Counted from the first letter of the stretch, positions 47,932-57,323 are shown. The stretch is DNA of 64,000 bases from an uncultured Gammaproteobacteria bacterium (GCA_964354025.1 CAYGXQ010000003.1:16888-80887), one strand, 5' to 3'. The notes: generated by a model not told the origin, from the sequence alone. Numbers and translations are program-made.

Positions 47932-49284
47932 TTATATAGTAACTTGATTTTCTACCTTTGTTTGAAATAGTTTTGCAATAGACACAGTATTGGGTATAAA
48001 TATGAATTTTTTCCCTGAATGAATTTTATCCAATAATTGTTTTTTTACTAAAAACATTAAATCTGATCTAGCGGTTTCGTAAGATAATCTGTTAATTGTT
48101 TTATAAGTAGTTATGTCAATAGTTTTATCTCTATTTGCATTCAATTCCTGCAATAGAGATGCTTGTCTTTCATTATATTCACCTAACTGGCCAGCGATCT
48201 TTTGAATAATTTTTTCTTTTTCAAGCTTGGTTTCATAATGGGCTATAAATTCTTTGATTGATAATACAATCGCTTTTAAAGAATAAGATAAAAAATAGGT
48301 TAAATCGTTTTCGTCATGTTCTGCATACAAATATGAATTATCATATTGTATTTTTGATTTTTTGATTATTCTTGAAACAGAAAGATACTGAAACAACCAA
48401 TAATTTTTTCTAAGTAAATACCAGTAAAATAAAGCCCTTGCGGTTCTACCGTTTCCATCTACAAACGGATGAAGATAGGCTAACCAAAAATGTAGAATAC
48501 TCGCTTTAATTACTGGATGAATAAACTCCTCTTCTAACTCATCTGAATTGGCAAAAATTATAAACTTTTCCAATTCTTTCTCCATGATATTGCCGGTCGG
48601 AGGAGTATACACTATTTCTCCGGTTAGCCTGTTTACAATATTTATTCCATCAGAATCAATTCTTAACCTACCGGAGTCAGCGTCATTCTCTAAAGTTCCG
48701 GCAGTAATATTTTTTTGAATATCCAGTAAGATATTTAAATTTAGTTTTAAATCTTTCCAGTCCATCAGTCTCTGCATGACTTGATAATTGTTTATAATCA
48801 TCTGTTCATCTCTGTTTCGGGCTTTTCTTTGGCTTAAAAGCATCTCCTTTGCTATTTTTCTTGAGGTATTTGCACCCTCAATCTGACTTGACGCGATTGC
48901 TTCTTCTGTTAAACTGTTTATTATCATTTGACTTTTTTGGGTAGCAGTTGGTTTCTCAGTAGTAGAACTTAAAAATCCACTCGTGTTAGAATCTATTAAA
49001 CTAAGCTTCTGATACATTGATTTAGTAATTGTAAATCTAAAATTTTGATTATTGCTGCCTCTTACAGGTGTAATTTCTGCGTTAGACATTCTTGAGAACT
49101 TTAAATAAGCCCAAGCTTCTTCTGGAGAAAATCCTTCTGGTATCGGATAGTGTTTGAATTTTTCCCAATAAACATATTCCTTATCAGCTTGCTTCACTAG
49201 TTCTCTTAAGCCATCTGAATGAACGGCTTTTTTTATCAGATCTTCTGTAAAATACCTAACCCAATTTGGTGGTCTAGCAATCAT
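47932..49284 (-). CDS. Class II Fic family protein (450 aa, Fic_N-like N-terminus, C-terminal wHTH)
   Basis: HPFVDGNGRTAR; SSQIEG inhibitory motif. Confidence 0.85.
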   Translation of the reverse strand: MIARPPNWVRYFTEDLIKKAVHSDGLRELVKQADKEYVYWEKFKHYPIPEGFSPEEAWAYLKFSRMSNAEITPVRGSNNQNFRFTITKSMYQKLSLIDSNTSGFLSSTTEKPTATQKSQMIINSLTEEAIASSQIEGANTSRKIAKEMLLSQRKARNRDEQMIINNYQVMQRLMDWKDLKLNLNILLDIQKNITAGTLENDADSGRLRIDSDGINIVNRLTGEIVYTPPTGNIMEKELEKFIIFANSDELEEEFIHPVIKASILHFWLAYLHPFVDGNGRTARALFYWYLLRKNYWLFQYLSVSRIIKKSKIQYDNSYLYAEHDENDLTYFLSYSLKAIVLSIKEFIAHYETKLEKEKIIQKIAGQLGEYNERQASLLQELNANRDKTIDITTYKTINRLSYETARSDLMFLVKKQLLDKIHSGKKFIFIPNTVSIAKLFQTKVENQVTI

Positions 49285-49460
49285 ATTCCTCCTAACTACT
49301 AATTTGCTACTAATTTTTACTAAATTAGTAGTAAGAGTATAACATATAATTTGCCAATTTGCTACTAATTGATACTAGTCTAGTAGTTAATAGCTCTATT
49401 ATTACTGCTTTTGTTAATAATTTGACTATTCGTCAGTAAGGGGTTCGATCTTCTGATATA

Positions 49461-50018
49461 ATGACTCTAAATCCTAACAAAGAAGGTGAGAATATGAAGA
49501 AATGTAAAAGTTGCAAGTCAGAAATTGATTCCAAAGCAACGAAATGCCCACACTGTCGGACAGATCAAAGAATCTGGTTTCGAAGACATCCGATCTTAAC
49601 TTTTTTAATTGTACTTTTTATTGCTCCTTTTATTTTGGCGGGTATGACTGGCTCGTCACCGCCATATAGTAATGGAGGATCAACTACTCCTGTACCGACA
49701 AAACAATCAACTTTTAATGCAGGTGTAAATTTCACCGGTACTCAATTTGTTATCAGCAATCTGGAAAAGTATGCCTGTGAGAATGCGAGGATGAAGGTAA
49801 ATGGAGATTATTCTTTAGACGGTTATAATCTTGAATCTGCTCTAGACTCAACTGTAAAAACAGGAACTGCCACTGTTTACAAAGTCGGAGCAGGGCAATT
49901 TACGAAAGGAGATGGTACAAGATTTAATCCTTTTGCTACCAAACCTCTGAATTTCAGTATTAGCTGTCGGGGCAATAATGAATTAAGTTCTGCTTTTGGA
50001 TACTGGGAGTTTAAGTAA
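49461..50018 (+). CDS. Hypothetical protein: N-terminal zinc ribbon (CKSCKS...CPHC), TM, extracytoplasmic domain
   Basis: Cys pairs and TM. Confidence 0.4.
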   Translation: MTLNPNKEGENMKKCKSCKSEIDSKATKCPHCRTDQRIWFRRHPILTFLIVLFIAPFILAGMTGSSPPYSNGGSTTPVPTKQSTFNAGVNFTGTQFVISNLEKYACENARMKVNGDYSLDGYNLESALDSTVKTGTATVYKVGAGQFTKGDGTRFNPFATKPLNFSISCRGNNELSSAFGYWEFK

Positions 50019-50127
50019 TGTTCCGGAGAGCTTATTATTATTTAAATTAAGATTTTAATTGAGGCTAAATTTTGAAAATATCTGGTGAATTACATAAAAT
50101 AGACATAAGACAAAACTTAACATCCTC

Positions 50128-50166
50128 TTGACAGATGTAAGGAATAGATTGTATAATCCTTACATC
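50128..50166 (+). promoter_or_regulatory. Promoter TTGACA-N18-(TG)TATAAT with 10-bp perfect inverted-repeat operator (GATGTAAGGA / TCCTTACATC) flanking the -10, upstream of Fic 50188
   Basis: Seen in sequence. Confidence 0.5.
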
Positions 50167-50187
50167 TAGTATAAAGATGTTAGGCTT

Positions 50188-51345
50188 ATGAAAATTGGTA
50201 AACTCGTCCAACAACCCAGTGGATATCAGGCATTTATCCCAAACAAGTTCCCTCCAGAGGAGCAGATTGCCCTGAGTTCTAAAACTCAGCAGCTTCACGC
50301 CAAGGCTGCCCTTATGCTGGGGAAGCTAGACGGTATTACCCAGTTATTGCCTGACCTCGATTTCTTCATTTTTATGTACATCCGTAAAGAAGCGGCCCGG
50401 TCAAGTGAGATTGAAGGTACCCAGGCAACTATTATTGATGTCATTAAAAGTGAGGCGCAAATTGAAAGTCGTTTTCCCCAAGATGTCGAGAGAATTGTCC
50501 ACTATATTCATGCGATGGAATATGGCTTAAAACGATTGGAAACTTTGCCGTTATCACTTCGGTTTATTCGGGAAATCCACAAGGTACTGATTAGCGGCAC
50601 TATTGACGCTCCTGGTAAAACACCGGGAGAGTTTAGGACTTCTCAAAACTGGATCGGCGGGGGTTCTCCTAATACTGCCAAATTTGTACCACCAACACAC
50701 GTAGAAATGAATCGATGTCTTGATGATTTTGAAAAGTTTCTGCACGCTACTGACGAATACCCACCACTTATTAAGGCGGCTTTGGCCCATGCCCAATTTG
50801 AGACAATCCACCCTTTCTTAGATGGTAATGGAAGAACAGGACGGCTCCTAACCACTTTTTATCTTTGTAAATTGGGGATTCTTGAGAGGCCAGTTCTTTA
50901 TCTTTCTGAATACTTTTTGAATAATCAAAAGACGTATTACGGATCATTGAATTCATATCATCAAGAAGAGGCTGACATCTCCGGATGGTTGGATTTCTTT
51001 TTAGATGGTGTGGCTATTATTGCTGCTGAAGCGATTGAAGCATCAAAAAAAATTAATGTCTTACGTCAAAAAGATACTATTAAAATTCAATCTTTGGGTC
51101 GAAGAATAAAAACAGGCATGATGGTATTAGAAAATCTCTATAAGCTGCCTATTATTAGTGTGCGAAAAGTTGAAGAATGGACAGAACTTTCTCGTCCTCA
51201 GGCCAACGACTTGGTTAAAAAGCTTGTAGAATTAGGAATTCTTGAACAAAGAGATAAAGATATTGAGTATGGTAGGGAATTTTGGTATAAAAAATATCTG
51301 GATTTGTTTGTAAGCAAAGAAGAAGTTAAAAAATCGAATGAATAA
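50188..51345 (+). CDS. Class II Fic family protein (Fic_N + Fic + wHTH)
   Basis: [12 protein letters not shown]; SSEIEG; GYQAFIP Fic_N motif. Confidence 0.85.
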   Translation: MKIGKLVQQPSGYQAFIPNKFPPEEQIALSSKTQQLHAKAALMLGKLDGITQLLPDLDFFIFMYIRKEAARSSEIEGTQATIIDVIKSEAQIESRFPQDVERIVHYIHAMEYGLKRLETLPLSLRFIREIHKVLISGTIDAPGKTPGEFRTSQNWIGGGSPNTAKFVPPTHVEMNRCLDDFEKFLHATDEYPPLIKAALAHAQFETIHPFLDGNGRTGRLLTTFYLCKLGILERPVLYLSEYFLNNQKTYYGSLNSYHQEEADISGWLDFFLDGVAIIAAEAIEASKKINVLRQKDTIKIQSLGRRIKTGMMVLENLYKLPIISVRKVEEWTELSRPQANDLVKKLVELGILEQRDKDIEYGREFWYKKYLDLFVSKEEVKKSNE

Positions 51346-52066
51346 ACCTGACTTTACCCTCGATAAAATAAAATTTGCATCTGATGGGCCAACATTTGAA
51401 AAAGCCGTAGCTTTGTATGAAAGCGGCAAAGTTATCCAAGTTGAAGAAGGTATCCGATCGTATACAGCCGTTGTTATGGGTACAAAACCATACCGCGTCT
51501 CGGTGGAAGCACAGAATTTTAGATATGCTTATTGTTCTTGTTATCTGGGTAAAAATGACACATATTGTAAACATATGTTGGCTTTGGCAATTTATGTGGT
51601 TCAAGACGGGAGGCCGTTAACCGATAATGATAAGAAACTGATACAAAATCCAGCTTGTAGTGGTAAATTGGGAACTTTATCAGGTAGCGAGCTATCAGCT
51701 ATAAAACATGCAATTTCTACTTCCCTACGTTACATCAAAGCTTATACTGGTCCGTCTCGTACTTGGTTTGCCTATCAAAACTCACTTTTCGAAGGTTGCA
51801 ATCGGCTATCTGCTATTATCTCCGATTTGCCAGTAAGTGTTCAAACAGCTGAGTTGTTGGTTGATATATTGTTGAGATTGGATAAGAAACTATGCACTGG
51901 CGGAGTTGATGACTCGGATGGTGAAGTGGGTGGATTCATTGAAGAAGCGGTGAGCGTGCTACAAGAATTTGTGAAATTGGATCCGAATTGTGTTAACGCT
52001 TTCGATAAGCTGAAAAAAAGAGAGATATGTTTTGGCTGGGAGGAATCTTTGTTGAAAACTTATTGA
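51338..52066 (+). CDS. SWIM zinc-finger domain protein, overlapping the Fic stop by 8 nt
   Basis: CSCYLGKNDTYCKH = CxCx9CxH. Confidence 0.7.
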   Translation: MNKPDFTLDKIKFASDGPTFEKAVALYESGKVIQVEEGIRSYTAVVMGTKPYRVSVEAQNFRYAYCSCYLGKNDTYCKHMLALAIYVVQDGRPLTDNDKKLIQNPACSGKLGTLSGSELSAIKHAISTSLRYIKAYTGPSRTWFAYQNSLFEGCNRLSAIISDLPVSVQTAELLVDILLRLDKKLCTGGVDDSDGEVGGFIEEAVSVLQEFVKLDPNCVNAFDKLKKREICFGWEESLLKTY

Positions 52067-52139
52067 TCAGTGTGCATTCCGGATATTCTAGGTAATTTAT
52101 CCAGATCTAACCAAATTTATCAAAACCGTGCCTGAAAGA

Positions 52140-52376
52140 GAACCGTCCCCTTACACTTACATTAGGTTGGTTTATCAAGAAGAATATTTAGATAAGAAAT
52201 CGGCGTAACAGAGAGAAAAACAGTTAAAAGGTTGGACAAGCGCAAAGAAGAAAGCACTTATTAAAAGAGATATTGGTCATTTGAGAGAACTAAGCAAAGC
52301 AGTTGAGCAGTTCGGCCCTGAGCTCGCTGCCGAAGGGTTTGGCGAAGCCCTCGCGAGGATGAGAAGTTTACAGTGA
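52140..52376 (+). pseudogene. GIY-YIG (UPF0213/YhbQ-like) nuclease remnant: C-terminal half only, with in-frame TAA
   Basis: ...RLVYQEEYLDKKSA*QREKQLKGWTSAKKKALI... matches the conserved C-terminal KLVYyEeF...REKqLKgWsRaKKeaLI; the N-terminal GIY-YIG core is absent. Confidence 0.5.
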
Positions 52377-52387
52377 GCTTGTCGAAC

Positions 52388-52406
52388 TGAATCCTCCCGG
52401 GGGAGC
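52388..52406 (+). repeat. 19-nt copy of the tRNA-Asn 3' end (GAATCCTCCCGGGGGAGCA) in inverted orientation relative to the intact tRNA
   Basis: Identical to the reverse complement of 47428-47446. Confidence 0.6.
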
Positions 52407-52631
52407 AGGTAATCCCAGGGAAAATTAATTATCCCATTACCGAAGTCATACGGTTTGGAAGCGTTAGAGATCAAAAAAGTTTTGTTTACTCTTTCTTTTA
52501 AATCCCTTCTTGCTTTGTTCAAAAGGTATATAACCACACTGCAAAATCAATTTGTAAAGTTGAAATTGCAGGGTACCACATTTTATGATTAGAACTTCTC
52601 ATATCGAATATAATAGTATTATAATTGTTCT

Positions 52632-53963
52632 ATGAAACCTGCCGGGAAAACTTTATTTCTTCTGATTCTTCTTCTGGTTGTCCTGGATATCCTTCTTGGC
52701 GTTGCCTTTTTAATTATCACCAAACGCATTCCTGGAAAAACGCCGGTAGTCCAAACACCTGTCATTAAACCGGTTCAACTTTCAAGCATCAAAAAAACGC
52801 AATCCGTCACTCCTGACGGGGGCATCATCTCATTAACCGATGAAAAAGGAACGACAACAACCCTGACCATTCCCAAAGGTTCACTAACGAGCGCCACTGA
52901 CATTACTGTGACCGCGCTTAGTGAACCGCCGTTTGAATATGAGGGATCGTCGCCGCCACTTCCTGGCGTGCTCATTGAGCCTCTTAATATCCATTTTATC
53001 CAGCCGGCGCAATTGTCATTCCGTGTCGGTCAAAATTTAAACATTCCAATCCATATATCCCTTCCTCCCGTCGATACAAACGAATCATCGCCGGCAGGCC
53101 AATCCAATCCGGAAAGAGTGGAACAGCGGATCCCGGCTACTATCATTTACACCGACAGCGGAACATCCCGCACGGGGACAACGGTTTCATACATCCCTTC
53201 GTCCCGTTCTTCAGCAGATGATGGAGAAGTCATTACTCCGGTTTCTGAAGGGGGAACATATTCACCGGATGTGCAAGTAGACCATGATGAAGCGATGAAT
53301 CAACTCGAACGAATTCTCGCTGATCCAAACGTCACCCTTGAACAGGTTCTCGATGCGGCGGTGGCCGCCGGCATGTATGATTTTGAAGGATTGAGCAGTT
53401 GGGCCAAAGACAAACTCAAAAAGAAAGTGGAACTTGAAATTCTTGCTCTTGCCGGCGAGTGTTCAGCCAACACCCGGCCGTTGAGCAGATTTGAACTCCT
53501 GCAGTGGCGAAATATCGCCAAGCGGTTTAGTTGGAATACGGAAGAACATCAATTTGACAGTTTTTTGGAGCAATGCAAGAAATATTACAGTTATAAATTT
53601 GTCGTAGATCGATCCGGACCGAACTATACAATAATTAATACCTGGAGTCATAGTGTTTGCGGATATATTGACGACAGTTGGGAGGGAATTTTTAAGGGCG
53701 AATATGGAGGAGGAATTTGGGGAGGATGTCAGTCAGGTTCCCCATATTACTCGACTCTTGCACCTCGCGGTGGCAAGACATCGTTTGTGGAACCGGCGCT
53801 TGTCGGTCAGGGTGGTTGTGCTCCGGGCGCCCCGTGTTTTTCATGCAGTGATATCTCTTCGCAAAGTCGCGAGTTGATTTACGACGGAAGATTTACCGTT
53901 TCGATGTCAGATTACGATAGGCAACCAATGTCAACTATCACTATTGAAAGTGCCTGTCCGTAA
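52632..53963 (+). CDS. Hypothetical membrane-anchored extracytoplasmic protein with Cys-rich C-terminus
   Basis: TM; 12 Cys in the last 150 aa. Confidence 0.4.
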   Translation: MKPAGKTLFLLILLLVVLDILLGVAFLIITKRIPGKTPVVQTPVIKPVQLSSIKKTQSVTPDGGIISLTDEKGTTTTLTIPKGSLTSATDITVTALSEPPFEYEGSSPPLPGVLIEPLNIHFIQPAQLSFRVGQNLNIPIHISLPPVDTNESSPAGQSNPERVEQRIPATIIYTDSGTSRTGTTVSYIPSSRSSADDGEVITPVSEGGTYSPDVQVDHDEAMNQLERILADPNVTLEQVLDAAVAAGMYDFEGLSSWAKDKLKKKVELEILALAGECSANTRPLSRFELLQWRNIAKRFSWNTEEHQFDSFLEQCKKYYSYKFVVDRSGPNYTIINTWSHSVCGYIDDSWEGIFKGEYGGGIWGGCQSGSPYYSTLAPRGGKTSFVEPALVGQGGCAPGAPCFSCSDISSQSRELIYDGRFTVSMSDYDRQPMSTITIESACP

Positions 53964-54009
53964 GTTCTATCGATTTTCGGTGGAAGGTAGGAACAAATCA
54001 ACCTCAATT

Positions 54010-54579
54010 ATGTCAAATTTGTTTGAGCGTGCCAGGAAATACAGGAAAAACACAAAGAAAATCTTAGACGAAATTATCTACCGTTGGTCTCCAAGAAGCA
54101 TGGATGCCAAACTTTTGCCCGATACCGTTCTTGAGCCGCTTTTTGAAGCAGCCGGATATGCCCCATCGGCATTTAACAATCAGCCCTGGAGATTCTACTT
54201 CGCCCAAAGAGGAAACAAAAGTTTTACCGATTTGTTGAATTTATTAACCACATTTAATCAGGAGTGGTGCAAAAACGCTTCCTTTCTTATTATTCTGGTT
54301 TCAAAAAAGACCTTTGATTACAACGGAAAGTTCGATCGAACCCATTCCTTTGACACCGGAGCCGCCTGGGAAGCTTTTGCCATTGAAGGAATCAGGAGAA
54401 ACCTAGTCGTTCACGGCATGAGCGGTTTTGACTACGACAAAGCCAAGGAATATCTTAAGCTGAATGATGACTTCCAAGTAGAATGTATGATTGCCGTTGG
54501 CCAACCGACAAAGGAAATAAATAATGAAGAAGTTTCTTTACGAAAAACTCTCAAAGAAATTGCCATTAAATTGAAATAA
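54010..54579 (+). CDS. Nitroreductase family flavoprotein (start at internal ATG 54010 preferred)
   Basis: APSAFNNQPWRF motif. Confidence 0.7.
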   Translation: MSNLFERARKYRKNTKKILDEIIYRWSPRSMDAKLLPDTVLEPLFEAAGYAPSAFNNQPWRFYFAQRGNKSFTDLLNLLTTFNQEWCKNASFLIILVSKKTFDYNGKFDRTHSFDTGAAWEAFAIEGIRRNLVVHGMSGFDYDKAKEYLKLNDDFQVECMIAVGQPTKEINNEEVSLRKTLKEIAIKLK

Positions 54580-54580
54580 G

Positions 54581-55012
54581 ATGACAATTAAAAATCTCAA
54601 AGGAAAACTTTTTTTAGCCGGAGCGGTGGGAGTAAGCATTTTTCTCCTGTTTTTTGTCGTTACCTGCGCCTGGATCGGTTTCGGTGTCAAGAATCAGTGT
54701 CAGGAAGCAAAAAGAGAGTACGGGAGAGAGTTCGCCGGAGGCGAGATAAGTTGCGTGGAAGCTTTGATAAACATTCTCAACGATGAAAAGAAAAGTTATC
54801 GGCAAAAGAATTCGGCGATTTGGGCTTTGGGACAGCTGGGAGACAGCCGGGCCTTGCCGTTTCTGGAGAGTTACTACACCGGTCAAATTCCTCCTCGTGA
54901 GTCGCTGGATAAATCCATCAGCCAACACGAGCTGAAAAAAGCCATCAACTTAACCTCAGGCGGCTTTAATATGACCGCTATTTTCTGGCGAAACGGATTA
55001 TTAGATAAGTAG
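54581..55012 (+). CDS. Membrane-anchored HEAT/PBS-lyase repeat protein
   Basis: NSAIWALGQLGDSRALPFL HEAT-like repeat. Confidence 0.5.
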   Translation: MTIKNLKGKLFLAGAVGVSIFLLFFVVTCAWIGFGVKNQCQEAKREYGREFAGGEISCVEALINILNDEKKSYRQKNSAIWALGQLGDSRALPFLESYYTGQIPPRESLDKSISQHELKKAINLTSGGFNMTAIFWRNGLLDK

Positions 55013-55036
55013 AATCGTATTCGATATAATATTCTC

Positions 55037-55444
55037 ATGGAGACGATGGAAGTTGAAACGAAAGGGCAGACCGATATTGTCGAGATCACCGCCGGAGTGC
55101 AGGAGATTGTCAATCGCGGTAAAGTGAGTAGCGGCCTTGTCCATCTTTTCGTTATCGGCTCGACCGCATCGCTCACCACCTCGGAAGACGACGAAAATCT
55201 CTATCAGGATCTCAAAGAACTGCTGGAAGAAATCATCCCTTACCGCAAAAACTGGAAGCATCACCAAACCTGGGGTGATGACAATGGCGCGGCGCATCTC
55301 CGAGCCTCTCTTATTGGTCCCAGCCTGTGTGTGTCGGTTAAAGAGGGGAAACTGGTGCTTGGCGCTTGGCAGAAAATCATTCTGATTGATTTTGACACCC
55401 ATCCCAGAACCCGGAAGATTGTCGTCTCTATCACAAAAGAGTAA
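55037..55444 (+). CDS. YjbQ/UPF0047 family (secondary thiamine-phosphate synthase) protein
   Basis: DNGAAHLRASLIGPSL...GAWQKIILIDFD pattern. Confidence 0.75.
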   Translation: METMEVETKGQTDIVEITAGVQEIVNRGKVSSGLVHLFVIGSTASLTTSEDDENLYQDLKELLEEIIPYRKNWKHHQTWGDDNGAAHLRASLIGPSLCVSVKEGKLVLGAWQKIILIDFDTHPRTRKIVVSITKE

Positions 55445-55502
55445 ACTACAAGCGGTTTACTACAAGCAATTAACATGCTTGTAGTGTGCACGCTTGTAGT
55501 AA
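55444..55502. repeat. Palindromic REP-like element family 2, composite (ACTACAAGC x2 ... GCTTGTAGT x2)
   Basis: Nested inverted repeats right after the yjbQ stop. Confidence 0.5.
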
Positions 55503-55623
55503 ATCCAAGTTGAAATCCGCATGTGCAAACCCAATACACACCTGGTGTGTATGGTATGTACGCTCCTCTTAATGCTATCCTATAGTTTGAATTCGTGATT
55601 ATTTTGTTATACAATCCTCTCTT

Positions 55624-57222
55624 ATGGTAGCTAAAGAAGCTTATCCGTCTCATCTATATCAAATACATCATAAGGATGGAAACTTATCATTTATTGGTGA
55701 TACAAGAAGCGTTAAAAAGGATAGTCCACTGGCTTACAGAAACTCATCAATGCCGATAAGTGATGCAGATTTCGGAGCTAAATTAGATCAAGCTTCATTA
55801 CCTCTCAATAGAGGTACTACCAAAATTATTGGCTGGGGAGGAGACAGTGTGTGCATAAGATTAGGAAATGGGAGCGATCGTTATGCAGCTGTACTAAGAA
55901 GTAATCGAGAACCTGGGAATTGGGATTCTCTTTTGAAACACTGGAGAAGAGAGCAAGAGTCGAATATAATATTTCATCCTCATACTATTCCAGAAGCTTT
56001 AGTAATAGTGAACGGTATAGATGGTCAACCGGCAGTAATGAAAATTGCTCGGGAAGTTACTGGTGCGACGCTATCCGAAGTTTCAAGTTTATATCTGTTT
56101 TTAAACAGAAGGATAATAGAGCAATATATACACTGGAGCAAAACAAATTTAAAAAGATTTTTACATGAGAGAGTAATTACCGATCCTATTGGTCATACTA
56201 ATAGTAATACACTTAAAGCTTTATTCGAAAAATATGGCCTTTTTTTATTCGAATCAAGTAATTTAATGATTGATTTTCAGCATAATAATCTTGTGATGAT
56301 TGATGGTGAGTCAGACGATTTTCGAAACCTTCCACCCCACCGAAAAGTCCAACTATTATCTCGAGCTGTTAATATGGGCGTTAGTATTGGTATTCTTGAG
56401 TTGTTTCAAGGAATACACAAAGTACATGATAGATTGTTTCCTTCTTCTATAGATAAAGAGCAAACTGATAATACTCCTGGTGTAGATCAATTAAAGGAGG
56501 GTTTTGCGGAAACTATTAGGATTCTTGATGATTCACGTCTAAACTACAGAATAGTAGGTTCTTTTGCTGCTGCAGCAACCATTAATGCTGCAGGCGGAAA
56601 TTATTATTTAACCCCGTTTAGAAGAGACAGAACAATTAGAGATATTGACGTATTAGTTTTGGATGGAGATCCGGATAGAGTAGAAAAAGTAAAAAGTGAG
56701 ATTAATTCAAGAAAAAAACAGAATCATTTTTATCCCGAAATCTCATTTGTCATACCCAGAGTGTTTGAGAGAAGCCAAAGTTATGTTGAAAGTAGAGCCT
56801 CTATCTTGCCACTGCTTATCACAAGGATAGCGATGGATTGTTCTGGTAATTTTTACCTAGTTTATGAGGAAAAATATACACAATTACCAATGGACTATTT
56901 AAATCCCATATATAAAACATATGAAGGTGTAGTATTTCCCACTTTAGAGGCAGGGGTACTTGCAGGACTTTATTTAACCAGGATGGGTGTATTTAAATCT
57001 AAAGACATCGAAAAGGTTGCTACTCTTCTAGATTTAACCAAAGCTCAAATCCCAGTAGAATTTCTTGATTTTTCTAGAGTACTAAGAACAAATTGGCCCA
57101 CTCTTTATAGAAATTTTTTAATTAGAGACATTATTCATTATTTTTCAGGGGGACTTTTAAGTAGGGGTATTTATTCATATATAATATCCCGTTTCACTAA
57201 TCGAAATAATAGAAAAAACTAA
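55624..57222 (+). CDS. Hypothetical 532-aa AT-rich protein; C-terminal half has a nucleotidyltransferase-like GS...DID signature, N-terminal half possibly kinase-like
   Basis: VGSFAAAATINAAGG...RDIDVLVLDGD; codon usage unlike neighbours. Confidence 0.4.
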   Translation: MVAKEAYPSHLYQIHHKDGNLSFIGDTRSVKKDSPLAYRNSSMPISDADFGAKLDQASLPLNRGTTKIIGWGGDSVCIRLGNGSDRYAAVLRSNREPGNWDSLLKHWRREQESNIIFHPHTIPEALVIVNGIDGQPAVMKIAREVTGATLSEVSSLYLFLNRRIIEQYIHWSKTNLKRFLHERVITDPIGHTNSNTLKALFEKYGLFLFESSNLMIDFQHNNLVMIDGESDDFRNLPPHRKVQLLSRAVNMGVSIGILELFQGIHKVHDRLFPSSIDKEQTDNTPGVDQLKEGFAETIRILDDSRLNYRIVGSFAAAATINAAGGNYYLTPFRRDRTIRDIDVLVLDGDPDRVEKVKSEINSRKKQNHFYPEISFVIPRVFERSQSYVESRASILPLLITRIAMDCSGNFYLVYEEKYTQLPMDYLNPIYKTYEGVVFPTLEAGVLAGLYLTRMGVFKSKDIEKVATLLDLTKAQIPVEFLDFSRVLRTNWPTLYRNFLIRDIIHYFSGGLLSRGIYSYIISRFTNRNNRKN

Positions 57223-57323
57223 TTAGTCTTTACAAAAAGAATGAATCTAAACATCATCCATTAGTAATAAGTTAGGTTCAGATGATATCCCACAGGTGGA
57301 GTAGAAAAGGATATAATAATAAA

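Noticed and set aside
52277-52537. 86-aa minus-strand ORF from the track
   Set aside because: Overlaps the plus-strand GIY-YIG remnant and the tRNA 3'-end fragment; likely spurious.
53944-54009. N-terminal extension of the nitroreductase ORF
   Set aside because: Overlaps the upstream gene end; the nitroreductase fold begins near the internal Met at 54010.
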